A stretch of DNA of 64,000 nucleotides from Octopus vulgaris (GCA_951406725.2 OX597823.1:61380001-61444000); one strand, 5' to 3'. Shown: positions 39,638 through 52,444, numbered from the stretch's first letter. Numbers and translations: made by a program. The notes: generated from the letters alone by a model not told the origin.

Positions 39638-39638
<1 letters not shown>
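38623..39638. mobile_element. Retrozyme-like array: one inverted monomer plus ~1.84 direct 360-bp monomers in (TA)n
   Basis: ATCCTGCAGAGTGAG at 38977 and 39337; 38623-38976 is the reverse complement of a monomer with two visible substitutions. Confidence 0.92.
39018..39063 (+). ncRNA. Type I HHR (U4C core); copies at 39378-39423 (+) and 38795-38840 (-)
   Basis: CACACG-CCGACGA-T-AGG caataca CCT-T-GAAA-CCATGG-TC-CGTGTG, GUC triplet; predicted cut after 39057. Confidence 0.85.
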
Positions 39639-39679
<41 letters not shown>

Positions 39680-39831
39680 ATATGTGCGTGTATGTATGTG
39701 TATGTATGTATATATGCGTGTGTATGTGTATGTGTATATGTACATATACGTGTACGCTCGTGTGTTTAGGTATATGTAGGTACGTAGAGTTATGTATGTG
39801 TGTATGTATATGTACATATGTGTAAGTATGT

Positions 39832-39903
<72 letters not shown>

Positions 39904-40395
39904 AAGTTTATATGTATGTATCCGTCTGTATAATAGGTAACTGCACGTATATATACTTAATATTTATTATTTATTATATATTATTTATTTTTTGAGTATG
40001 CATGTATGAATAACTGCACGTATATATATTTTATTACTTATTTTTTGAGTATGCATGTAAGTATGAACATATGAGGGTGGCGTGTGTGTGTGTATGTGTA
40101 AGCATAGATATATGTATACTTTTACTCATGTGTGTACTTATGTGTATATATGGATGCGCGTGTGTGTGTGTGTGTATGGGTACGCATGTATATGTGTATG
40201 TGCGTGTATGTGTATATGTGTATGTATGTGTGTGTGTTATATATGTATATGTATGTATGTATATGTATGTATGTGTATATATATATATATATATATATAA
40301 GAAAAAAGGTTTGAAAATGCAATTAAAACGATGTTTATTTACTTAACCGGTTTCACTCTTTGGTAAAAGATTGTCAAAAGTTACATTTAAGGAAA

Positions 40396-40625
40396 CATTG
40401 AATAATATGGGTTCAAAAAAAGTTTTTTACATAATTGTCACATTGAATATTATGCATTCAAAAAAGTTTTTTACATAATTGTCACATTGGATATTATGGG
40501 TTCAAAAAAGTTTTTTACATAATTGTCACATTGAATATTATGCATTCAAAAAAGTTTTTTACATAATTGTCACATTGGATATTATGAATTCAAAAATGTT
40601 TTTTTATACATAATTGTCACATTAT
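40396..40625. repeat. 44-bp tandem repeat (~5 units), mirrored at ~42300-42532
   Basis: CATAATTGTCACATT at 40430, 40474, 40518, 40562 and 40609. Confidence 0.92.
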
Positions 40626-42544
40626 TTGGGAAAATTTGGCAGAAAAGGATAAAACAAATATATTATTGGGAATTGGTTGCGTTAATTATTGGTTGTCGCA
40701 AATTGTCACATTACATGTATATATATACAATCTTTGGTATATATATACAGCGTTTTGACAGCAAAAATTAAAATGGATTTTTTGTCCATCTCAGAATATT
40801 TTAAGTATGTTTTTACTGACCTGTTAGTATTAGCAGAAAGGCTGAACTGAGAGAACAGAAGTAGCCAATGTGGTGTATACTTCCCCTTTATGCATGAATG
40901 ATTTTGGGGTTATCAGGAGGTTAGTATGCGGGTGTGAATAGATGTGTCCGTGCCTGCTGGTCAGATAGCGTCTGTTTGTCACACACATATATATACACAC
41001 AAACACACACACACACAACAACACACACACACACACACATAGTATACAAACACAAACCACATACAGACAACACACACACACACAGAACACACACACCCAC
41101 ACACAACGCACCCACATATATCACATATATACACAGCACACAAATATAACATGTATCTATATATAATATACACAGATATTTGCATGTTTATGTGTGTATA
41201 AACATGTACATTATTTGCATGCGCATTGTATATATGTATATTGTATGTATGTGTATTGTATATGTACGTGTACAATTAAGTGTATATATTTGTGTGTATG
41301 TGTGCACTGTATATATGTATATTGTAGGTGTGCTATATGTGCATGAATACATGTATATGCATTGCGTGTATATATATATGTATGCATTGTGTGTGCATGT
41401 ATGTTATGTGTGTGTGTGTGTATATATATATTATATGTATGCGTACGTGTATGTGTATGCATTGTATGTATGTGTGTTGTGTGTATATGTGGTACATCTA
41501 TGTATGTGTATGTAAACACTATTTATATGTATATGTGTATATATGTATATGCATTGTCTATATATATATATATTGTATGTATGTATTGCGTATGTATATT
41601 GCATGCATATATTGTGTATGTATATTACTTACATGCTGTATGTGTGTATTGTATGTGTGTATATATATATGCTAGGTGTATTTGTGTGATATTTATATTA
41701 TGTATGTATGTGTGCGTGTGTTGTGTGTGTGTGTGTGTATGTGTGTTATATATCTGTGTATATTATATATAGATACATGTTATATTTGTGTGCTGTGTAT
41801 ATATGTGATATATGTGGGTGCGTTGTGTGTGGGTGTGTGTGTTCTGTGTGTGTGTGTGTTGTCTGTATGTGGTTTGTGTTTGTATACTATGTGTGTGTGT
41901 GTGTGTGTTGTTGTGTGTGTGTGTGTTTGTGTGTATATATATGTGTGTGACAAACAGACGCTATCTGACCAGCAGGCACGGACACATCTATTCACACCCG
42001 CATACTAACCTCCTGATAACCCCAAAATCATTCATGCATAAAGGGGAAGTATACACCACATTGGCTACTTCTGTTCTCTCAGTTCAGCCTTTCTGCTAAT
42101 ACTAACAGGTCAGTAAAAACATACTTAAAATATTCTGAGATGGACAAAAAATCCATTTTAATTTTTGCTGTCAAAACGCTGTATATATATACCAAAGATT
42201 GTATATATATACATGTAATGTGACAATTTGCGACAACCAATAATTAACGCAACCAATTCCCAATAATATATTTGTTTTATCCTTTTCTGCCAAATTTTCC
42301 CAAATAATGTGACAATTATGTATAAAAAAACATTTTTGAATTCATAATATCCAATGTGACAATTATGTAAAAACTTTTTTGAATGCATAATATTCAATGT
42401 GACAATTATGTAAAAAACTTTTTTGAACCCATAATATCCAATGTGACAATTATGTAAAAAACTTTTTGAATGCATAATATTCAATGTGACAATTATGTAA
42501 AAAACTTTTTTGAACCCATATTATTCAATGTTTCCTTAAATGTA

Positions 42545-42585
42545 ACTTTTGACAATCTTTTACCAAAGAGTGAAACCGGTTAAGT
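42545..42585 (+). ncRNA. HHR motif, U3-A8 core variant; mirror copy 40341-40381 (-)
   Basis: ACTT-TTGACAA-T-CTTTT acca AAGAG-T-GAAA-CCGG-TT-AAGT, GUU triplet. Confidence 0.7.
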
Positions 42586-42662
42586 AAATAAACATCGTTT
42601 TAATTGCATTTTCAAACCTTTTTTCTTATATAATCCCACTCGTGCGATACCCCACAACTCAA

Positions 42663-42715
<53 letters not shown>

Positions 42716-42854
42716 ATGTATATGTGTATGTGTATGTATTTGTATGTGTATGCATGCGCGTATATGTATGTATATGTATACGTGTGGGTGTATGTATGCG
42801 TGTATATATGTATGTATGTATGGGTGTATGTATGTATGTATGTATGCGGATATG

Positions 42855-42907
<53 letters not shown>

Positions 42908-43356
42908 ATGTGTATGTATATGTGTGTGTATATATATGTATGTATGTATTTGTATGTAGGTGTATATGTATGTGTGTAGATATATTTATTGGTGTATATG
43001 TATAGACTAGTCTTCTAAGATTGTAGACATGAATCTGTAGGTACGCGTACGTATGTGTATATACGTGTATGTATGTAGATGTATGTATGTATGAATATAA
43101 CGCGTGCGTGCGTGTATGTGTATGAGTGTACGAATGAGTGAGTGTGCGTGCTAACGAGTGTGCGTGCGTGAGTGAGTGCTTGTGCTCAAGTAGAAAGATA
43201 AAAGGGACTGGCTGTTGTAGCCAAGATGCTTGTGACCAGCGGTCAAAGATAACCAAAGTAATAAATGAAGATAATAAAATTAAAATTAGGGAATGGGTTT
43301 GTATTTGTATGTATATATGTGTGTATGTGTAGGTATGAATAGGTACACATATGTAT

Positions 43357-43397
<41 letters not shown>

Positions 43398-43604
43398 TGT
43401 GTATAAGTATATATGAGTATATAGGGACTTGTGTGTTGTGTGTGCATGTGTGTATGTGGATATATGTGTGTGTATGTGTGTATGTGTATGTGTGTGTATG
43501 TATATATTTTTTTGTGTGTATGTGTATGTGTGGTCGTGTGTGTGTGTATATATACATGTGTGTGTGTATGTGCATATGCATGTATATGTGTATGTATATA
43601 TAGA

Positions 43605-43641
<37 letters not shown>

Positions 43642-43994
43642 GTGTAGATATATGTATGTATATGTATGTGTGTGGGTATATATATATATATATATGGGTG
43701 TGTGTGTATGTATGTGAGTATGTATATGTGTGTGTGTGTGTGTATATACGTATACATATGTGTATAGGTATAAGTGAGATTTTCCTTATTTACCTAAAAC
43801 TCTATTCTTCTATATATTTTTTTATTCCCCTTTTTTTATTCTTTTATTTATTCTTCTATCTAATTTACCACTGACTCCTTGACCACTCCCCCAAGTATGA
43901 TTTTTTTGCGCTATGCCTACCCCCAAAAAGTCCCCCACCACCACCCCTTTAAACCTGCCTAAATGTATAAATGCCAATACAATTCTTGTTAACT

Positions 43995-44045
43995 AGCTTC
44001 CTGAAGATTTCTCTTGAATGAAACAGTTCTAGTCCTGTAGAAGCT
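43995..44045 (+). ncRNA. Type I HHR, in a third copy (43919-44062) of the 38.2-kb element
   Basis: AGCTTC-CTGAAGA-T-TTC tctt GAA-T-GAAA-CAG ttctagtc CTG-TA-GAAGCT, GUA triplet. Confidence 0.88.
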
Positions 44046-44054
44046 CCTTCTATA

Positions 44055-44099
<45 letters not shown>

Positions 44100-44169
44100 G
44101 TATATATATATGTATTTATATATATATATATGTATATATGTATATATATATATATATATATGTGTGTGT

Positions 44170-45156
44170 ACTACAACTATGGCAATCCCTCAGGGTCGAG
44201 GATGATGGTCTTCGCGCAAATTTATTGGTGAGTCCGCAGGTGACTGATAAGACCAATTCTTGCTCAAAAAGATCGGTCACAGTGCGGACATCTAGTGCCG
44301 GAAGGAAGAGTCACATGTGGTTGTTGTTGGTGCTCCTTCCGTCGTCGTCTTTTCTCCTCCAGCTCTGCAGACCTTTTCGACTCGAAATTCGCCGTTCCCT
44401 CATGGATGGTGGTTTTCCAGAGTGGTCTGTTTTTTGCCGTTTCCTCCCAGTTGGTGAAGTCAATGTCACACTTTTTGAGGTTCGATTTCAGGGAGTCCTT
44501 GTAGCGTTTCTTCTGGCCTCCTTTTGTACGCTTGCCGTCTTTGAGTTGTGAGTAGAAGATCTGTTTGGGAAGTCGTTCGTCAGTCATTCTAACCACGTGG
44601 CCGCTCCATCTTAGTTGGCCTTTGATGACATAGGCTTCGATGCTGGTCATTTTTGCTTCTTGTAGCATGCTGACGTTAGTTCTTCTGTCTTCCCAGCTGA
44701 TGTTGAGGATCTTCCGAAGACAGCGTTGGTGAAATTTCTCGAGCGTTTTCAGGTGGTGACTATACGGGGTCCAGGTTTCGGATGCGTAAAGGAGGGTTGG
44801 AATAATGACTGCCCTGTACACCATGAGTTTGGTTTCGGTTCGGATGTCCCGATCAGCAAAAACTCTTGTTCGAAGCTTGCCGAAAGCTGTTCCTGCACAC
44901 TTCAGACGGTGTTGGATTTCATCGCTGAGGTCTACCTTTGCTGACAGATGGCTCCCAAAGTAGCAGAAGTGGTTCACATTTTTCAGTGGATTTCCTTCGA
45001 GTTGAATCGATGGCAGGTTGTCAACACGGGCATTGGGGGGAGGTTGGTAGAGTAAGTGAGTCTTCTTGATGTTGATGCTCAGTCCAAGTTTAGTATATGC
45101 ATGATGAAAAACATTTAGGATCTGTTGGAGGTGATCCTCTCTGTGAGCTGCTACAC
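44170..45156 (-). mobile_element. 5'-truncated RTE-clade LINE (end of RT and C-terminus)
   Basis: GLSINIKKT, FCYFGS, AFGKLRTRVF, TKLMVYRAVIIPTLLYASETWT, QLRWSGHVVRMTDERLPKQIFY, GGQKKRYKD, CPHC. Confidence 0.95.
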
Positions 45157-45201
45157 TGTGTGTGTATATATATATATATATATGTGTGTGTGTGAGTGTG
45201 T

Positions 45202-45233
<32 letters not shown>

Positions 45234-45258
45234 ATACATACATATAGATACATACATA

Positions 45259-45443
45259 CATAAATAAGGGTGCAAAACAACACCTGCAATTGCAAGAAAT
45301 GAGAGCTAAAAAATATAACTTAAATAGCCACACAGCATCACCAGCCTCATGAAATATTCAGTGATTTTTTAAGGCTATTCCAGTTATCTGTTTTAGCTCT
45401 CATTTCTAGCAATGGCAGGTGCTATTTTGCACCCTTATTTATG
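45259..45443. repeat. MITE-like imperfect inverted repeat
   Basis: CATAAATAAGGGTGCAAAA...GAAATGAGAGCTAAAA versus TTTTAGCTCTCATTTC...TTTTGCACCCTTATTTATG. Confidence 0.75.
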
Positions 45444-45820
45444 AATTTTGCCTGTTTGGTTTTAATTGCTATAGCCACCTATGCTATAATGTATTTAATA
45501 TATCATATTATATCAATATACCTGGTGTTAAGAAGGGCACCCAGCTGTAAAAATCCTGCCAAAACAGCCACAGAAGTCTGATGCAGGCTTAAGTTTGGTC
45601 GGCTCTTATAGTACTGTCCTAAATATATATATATGTATGTGTGTATATATATATATATATCTATATATATTGTTATATTTCGGAATGGTCATATTGCCAG
45701 TTTAGCCAATAAAACACACGCACTATATTTGTTATTTTGCTCAGTGTTTTATTTTCATTTCTTAATCTTATTTGCTAACTGGCAATGATTCAATATAAAA
45801 TATATTCATATAAAATCTTG

Positions 45821-45902
<82 letters not shown>

Positions 45903-45905
<3 letters not shown>

Positions 45906-46030
45906 GGGAGAATTCGCAAAAAACAAAAGACAAAGGCAGGTGGTGTAGACAACAAAGAGATGTATTAGTATAATGCTCGGGAAGTGAAAAAGTCTTTAGT
46001 GTTTCGAGCCTGCACTCTTCCACAGAAAGG

Positions 46031-46036
<6 letters not shown>
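45903..46036 (-). mobile_element. (TA)n-anchored short element with HHR-like motif (45994-46029)
   Basis: Homologous to 47133-47315; CTTT-CTGTGGA-A-GAG..CTC-GAAA. Confidence 0.65.
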
Positions 46037-46078
<42 letters not shown>

Positions 46079-46084
46079 TATACA

Positions 46085-46270
46085 TATATATACACATACA
46101 TATATATGTGAAGGGTTTCTTTCAGTTTCCGTCTACCAAATCCACTCACAAGGCTTTGATTGGTCCAAAGCTATAGCAGAAGACATTTGCCCAAGATGCT
46201 ACACAGAGGGACTGAACCTAGAACCATGTGGTTGGGAAGCAAGTTTCTTACCATACATCTATGCCTGCAC
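46085..46270 (-). mobile_element. SINE family A, 5' half
   Basis: TTTCTTTCAGTTTCCGTCTACCAAATCCACTCACAAGGCTTTG...GGGACTGAACC. Confidence 0.85.
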
Positions 46271-46712
46271 TTATAGTTTGTTTTTTTTTTTTTCTAACAG
46301 GTTTAACAGAAAATACTGACAGAAGACAAAGATCTCGGTTGTTTCCCTTAGTGATCCAAGATAATACCAACAAAAATAATTCTCGCTTCAATATAAGTCA
46401 ACTAGTAATAAAAACACTGAAAACGAAAATTCTTCATATATATGCCACTTGATGAACATTTGTCAGACATTTCAGTAGACATAATGAAAAAGTAACCAAT
46501 TTTAATAATTATTGTAATTATTTTGAGTTTTTTTTTTTTTATTTATTAATACTCACGTGTTCTCATCATGACCTCTGTCAGAAATGTACTTTGAATTGTA
46601 CCAACATTACTGTCAATCTTCGATTTTAAACAATAATAAATTTAATTTATAAAACACACTCCATGTACATGTAACTTTGTACTGCTACCTGCAAACATGA
46701 TATATACATACA

Positions 46713-46806
<94 letters not shown>

Positions 46807-46833
46807 AACATATATGTGTATATTTATATATAT

Positions 46834-47043
46834 GGAGATGTACTCGCATAGCAAGTGATTTGATCTGAGATCGTGTGCTGGAACGAAAACAATTGCAGTG
46901 TGGAAGGTGTTTGTAAGCCATTTAAGAGACACACAAAAGCCGTTCGATTCACTTCAACATTTAAGTTTAATTTGTCAAAATATTTTCGCCGCTAAAATCC
47001 GCGACCTGTTCACTGACAAAAATCCGTGCTGCATCTGCTCCCT
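46834..47043 (-). mobile_element. (TA)n-inserted element with G3-C8 HHR (46971-47020)
   Basis: Minus strand TTTGTCA-GTGAACA-G-GTCGC ggatttta GCGGC-GAAA-ATAT-TT-TGACAAA. Confidence 0.8.
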
Positions 47044-47046
47044 ATA

Positions 47047-47119
<73 letters not shown>

Positions 47120-47132
47120 TAGATATGTGTAG

Positions 47133-47315
47133 TAGGGAGAATTCACGGAAAAAACAAAAGATGAAGGCAGGTGGTGTAGAAAACAAACAGATGTATTTGT
47201 ATAATGCTCAGGAATTGAAAAAGTCTTCTACATTTCGAGCCTACGCTCTTCCACAGAAAGGAACACAGAAAGAACCAAGGAGAGAAAAAAAATGTGTGTA
47301 GTGGCTACCAGTCTA
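47133..47315 (-). mobile_element. Short element with HHR-like motif (47225-47260)
   Basis: CTTT-CTGTGGA-A-GAGC gtag GCTC-GAAA-TG-TA-GAAG; the core has U at position 6. Confidence 0.65.
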
Positions 47316-48560
47316 TATATATAGGAAATTAATTATATGCCCAGTCACACTGTGACCAAGGGTCTCACATCCATAAGGTGCTTAGCCTTATAGACAGCTC
47401 ATTGGACTGTAATAAAGATTGCCAGCATATAACCTTTTGCAAATTGGAGATAGAAAAAGATTTGCTGATTGGAACTAGTCTAAAGGCAATGACCCCATCC
47501 CACCTGACGTTCAGACTATATATATATTTTTTGTTTACAAAATTTACTGATCATAACATTTTTCTATTTCCAATTTGAAAAGAAGCTATATTCGCACAGT
47601 AATATAACGCAGAACCATCGGTCATTCTATGACCGGGCATATATTTAGCTTGCTATAAATACTGTGTGTTGTGTGTGTGTGTGTGTGTGTGTGTGTGGAG
47701 CAAGCAAAGTAAAGTAGTACTTTGCACATTTGGATGAAGTTAGATGCATTTTATAACAGTTTGTCTCTGCTGCACATGACTTAAAGTTTCATGAACATAC
47801 AGAACACGTACGTTTCATTACATGTTCAAAGAGAAAGTGGGGAGTTTGAAAAAATTCAAGACAGAATGTTTGCAGGATGTTGATATCACTTTGATGGAGG
47901 GCTGTAGCACATATTACATTTGGTCATATCAGTCTCTTGTACTGAGTGCCAAACATGGCCAGGTAAATTGTTGGCTTAATTCAGTAGCTCAGTCATTGCT
48001 CAGTAAAATTTGAGCACACTTGTAGTTTTTATGTGAGAGTAGACAGTGTGATAGTGTTGTGTTACAACAGAAGATGCATGACCAAAGTGGTGGGCTGTAG
48101 TCTATATGGTTTATATATTTTGCCTTTATGTGTGGGTCAGTTATGCTCCTGGTCACTGAAACCCATATATACCACCCCGTACACATTTGTTGAGTGTAAT
48201 TGCTTTGTTTAATTTTTCCTTTTTCTTCACCATGTAATCAACACATATTATTATTTTTATGCTTCTTCCTTTCTTCAGGAGTTTCTTCATTTTACATGAA
48301 ATTGTTTTTTATCTATGTCTACTTCTATGTATGTGTGTGTGTGTGTGTGTGCACTACCCTAAATCAAAATGTATACAGGGCTCAATCTATCTTATACTTC
48401 CCTACAGTCTGATGTAAATTTATGCCACAGTATACCAGAAGTGTGAATCTACAGCTTAAGGTTCACTTGTAAAGTTTTATTGCAAATATGAGTTACAGAA
48501 GTGGTCTCCTACCGCAAGCAGTATTGTGATGTAAAAACTTGATAGGAACTGAGTGAAAAA

Positions 48561-48782
48561 GGTGGTGAGCTAGCAGAAATGTTAGCACACCAGGTGAAAT
48601 GCTTAGCAGTATTTCATCTCTGTCTTTACGTTCTGGGTTCAAATTCCACTGAGGTCGACTTTGCCTTTCATCCTTTTGGGGTCGATAAATTAAGTTACAC
48701 GGCATGTAATCAACTTAATCTCTTTGTCTGTCCTTGTTTGTCCCCTCTATGTTTAGCTCCTTGTGGGCAATAAAGAAATAAG
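48561..48782 (+). mobile_element. SINE family B copy
   Basis: Collinear with 35374-35601; imperfect TSD GAACTGAGTGAAA / AAACTAAGTGAAA. Confidence 0.9.
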
Positions 48783-50290
48783 AAACTAAGTGAAACCCTA
48801 TCAGATGAATTATATCTACTGTTAAGTTCTAGACTAAATTCATCACTCAATCTAACCCTATCATTAGGACATTGGGGTGCCTTTAGCAGATTCCACTCTA
48901 ATTCAAGAATCTCAGCCAGTTCTTCTGTCTGCAAAATTTGTCTACCTTTCTTCCTGTCCTTCTACAAGTAATAGAGACCTGAAAAGGGTTGTGGGTGCTA
49001 CCCTTCTTTCCTTCTCCAACAAAGTCATTCAAATTTATTTCAAATGTGACAGTACAGAGCCTATCTGACTCTCTCCCTAACATCCTTCTCCACCCTCTAG
49101 CTCTCTCACCATCTTGAGTCACATATTTTAAGAAACTATATAACATTCTGCTTATACTATCTCCAGGCCATTTCGTATACAAAATCATCATTTACCCTTA
49201 CTTTTTCATCCACCCATTGTTATTCATCATTCTCTCACCCTTATCCACTCTGGAGCTAAGTGCATTGACAAAATGTGCTAAGAACACTCTGTTAAGTTTA
49301 GGATTTGGCAGACTCTTTAGACTTGTCAAACATTTGACAATCTTTCAAATGTTTGCATCCAGTACCCTCTGTAAAATGTTTGGTGTTAGAAGGGCATACA
49401 ACCATAGCAATCAAGCCCAAAGTAATCCTCTCACTCATCCGAGAGAGCAGTAATGATCTCTCAAACCCTTGCCTGCAAGGAAAGCAGATGTAAAACCACA
49501 GCAATGATGGAGATGCTGATTCCCCCACATAAAATTGTGCAGACAAGCTTTTTCACTTCTCACAGATTTTTGATCAAGAAGGACTATAGTGAAGGTGCTT
49601 CAACCGTGCTTATCTTGTCAGATTTTAGAGGCATGTAGAACTATATCCACTGTAATATTTATCTCCACTTAAATATGGATGTTCTGTTAGAACAAACTTT
49701 ACTGCAGTAGTTACCATGAGAGAAAATCTCATATTGGTTTTTGGCGCAAAATGCTCTCTTGATTATATCACTAGCAGGGAGATAAATTCCTTCCACCTCC
49801 AGTGCTGAGACTACCAGATCATGTGATATTGACTGTACTTGGTCTAATCAATGATGAATGCTTGACCACTTGAGATAACAGTGATTTATCTCTCCACCAG
49901 CGACATGTAGAAAATCAGTGCCAGAACAGGTGCTGGTGCTTCAATTAGCCAGTGAGATTGTTAAAAAAAATATTATATATTATATTTTAAAGAATATTAT
50001 ATTTGCTCGACTAAAGGTGGTGCTCCAGCATGGCTGCAGTCAAATGACTGAAACAAGTAAAAGAGTAAAGAGTAAAGAGTATATCCAATGTATTCTTACT
50101 GCATTTAAAGTTCTTAGAGCATGTGATTTGGGTGATTTTTTTTGACTGCTATTGCTAGCAAGACCAGTACCATATTAAGGCTCACTCAACCCATATTTTG
50201 CTCTTACACACATACAAATTCTACCTTTTTCTTATTTTTGATTAATTTAAAAATTTTCCTTTCTTTTTCTGATGTTTTAACTTTTTATTT

Positions 50291-50366
50291 ACCTTCCACG
50301 CTGCAATTGTTTTCGTTCCAGCACACGATCTCAGATCAAATCACTTGCTATGCGAGTACATCTCCA
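50291..50366 (+). mobile_element. 3' terminal fragment of the 46834-47043 family
   Basis: Reverse complement of 46834-46909, ending in TATATATA. Confidence 0.85.
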
Positions 50367-51132
50367 TATATATAAATTTATTTTTGTATTTATTTATCCT
50401 ACCTGTTCTTACTCTTTCCAGATAGATTCCCTGAAGTAGAATTTTAGAGTATTTAATTGTTCTTGGTACAAGTTTTCAAATTAAACAGTAGAAACAGAGT
50501 GAACTCTATACAGACTGATGGCAACCAGAAAAATGGTGTACAAGAACATTAAAAAATAAACCATGCATGATCATTATCTGTTTTACATACATACTTACAT
50601 ACATGCATACATACATACATAAATACATACATACATAAATACATGTATACATACATATTTATATATTTACACACATACACTCATGTATATATACATACAC
50701 ACACACACACACGCATATAAACTCATACACAAGCATATTCATACATCCATACATATATTCACACACACATACACAATGGAGTTTTATTTGGACAAACTAT
50801 CAACAAAATAGTTTATTTGGCTTGAAATTTTGGAAAAAAGGTGGAGAAAATGGAAAGAGAAAGCGGCAGAGAAACAGAGGAAGAAAGAGAGAAAGGAAGA
50901 GAGAGAGAGAGAATGGAAATGTGACAGAAAGAGAGAAAGAAAGACAGGAAAAAGAGAGAAAGAAAGACAGGAAAAAGAGAGAAAGAGATATAAAACAAAT
51001 ATAAAATTTTAACTGCAAAAATCCAACAAAAATATTTTTAAATAAAAAGTTAAAACACCAGAAAAAGAAAGGAAAATTTTAAAATTAATCAAAAATAAGA
51101 AAAAGGTAGAATTTGTATGTGTGTAAGAGCAA

Positions 51133-51170
<38 letters not shown>

Positions 51171-51600
51171 CAGTTATTTTTTTTTTTTTTTGCCTTTTTC
51201 TAAAATTAGCTTATCACTTAATCAACATTCTTCCCAATTTAATAGCCCATGATTATCACTATTTATTCCATGCCTGGTAGCAACAAAGCTGTGTCCTGAC
51301 GGCTGCACACGTAATTTCAAAAAATGTCGTTGTTGGACAATGAATTATTCGCAATGAGTAGAAGGTACTTAGATATTACTTACTCACTCTTACCACATAC
51401 ATATATATGTATATATATACATATATATATATGTATATATATACATATATATATACATATATATGTATATATATACATATATATGTATACATATATATAT
51501 ATATATATACAAATATATATATATATATATATATATACATACACATATATGTGTATTTGTGTATATATATATATGCACAAATATGTATAATTGTATATAT

Positions 51601-51666
<66 letters not shown>

Positions 51667-51702
51667 TTATCTATGTGTGTATGTGTGTATATATATAAAT
51701 AT

Positions 51703-51740
<38 letters not shown>

Positions 51741-52142
51741 GTATATATATATATATATATATATAATGTGTGTGTGTGTGTGTGTGTGTGTCTATGTGTG
51801 TGTGTATATATGTGTGTATACATACACACACATATGTGTGTATGTGTGTCTGTGTGTGTGTGCGCATGTGTATATTGGAGAAACTCTGTCTCTTTTGTAT
51901 ATCGATCAATTTCCTTCCTCTAAATGTCTGACAGCTACAATGCCATACTAATAACAATAACAACAACAGTAATAACAATAATGATAATGACGACGGTGAT
52001 GTCAATGACGACGACAGTGGTGATGATGAAGATAAAGATGATAATGATGATGATGATGATGAAAATGATGAAGGTGGTGATGGTGATGATGATGATAATT
52101 ATAACATCCACAACAACAACTACAATAATAATAATAATAATA

Positions 52143-52193
<51 letters not shown>

Positions 52194-52210
52194 ACTACTA
52201 CTACTACTAC

Positions 52211-52260
<50 letters not shown>

Positions 52261-52323
52261 ATAATAATAATAATGATAATAATAATGGTTTTAAGGACAA
52301 TAATAATAATGATAGTGATGTTG

Positions 52324-52390
<67 letters not shown>

Positions 52391-52406
52391 TAACAACAAT
52401 AATAAC

Positions 52407-52444
<38 letters not shown>

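Larger units (their letters stand above)
40298..42668. mobile_element. Large fold-back element: ~880-bp inverted arms with an HHR near each outer end
   Basis: 40298-41179 is the reverse complement of 41750-42627; right arm has a ~40-bp extension; flanked by (TA)n. Confidence 0.88.

Noticed and set aside
38565-39779. Repeated small ORFs (MVSASSG..., MVGVLLL...)
   Set aside because: They have non-ATG starts and lie on both strands of a structured repeat; RNA structure explains the sequence better.
40396-40625. CRISPR-like periodic repeat
   Set aside because: The units are contiguous with no unique spacers, there are no cas genes, and the context is eukaryotic.
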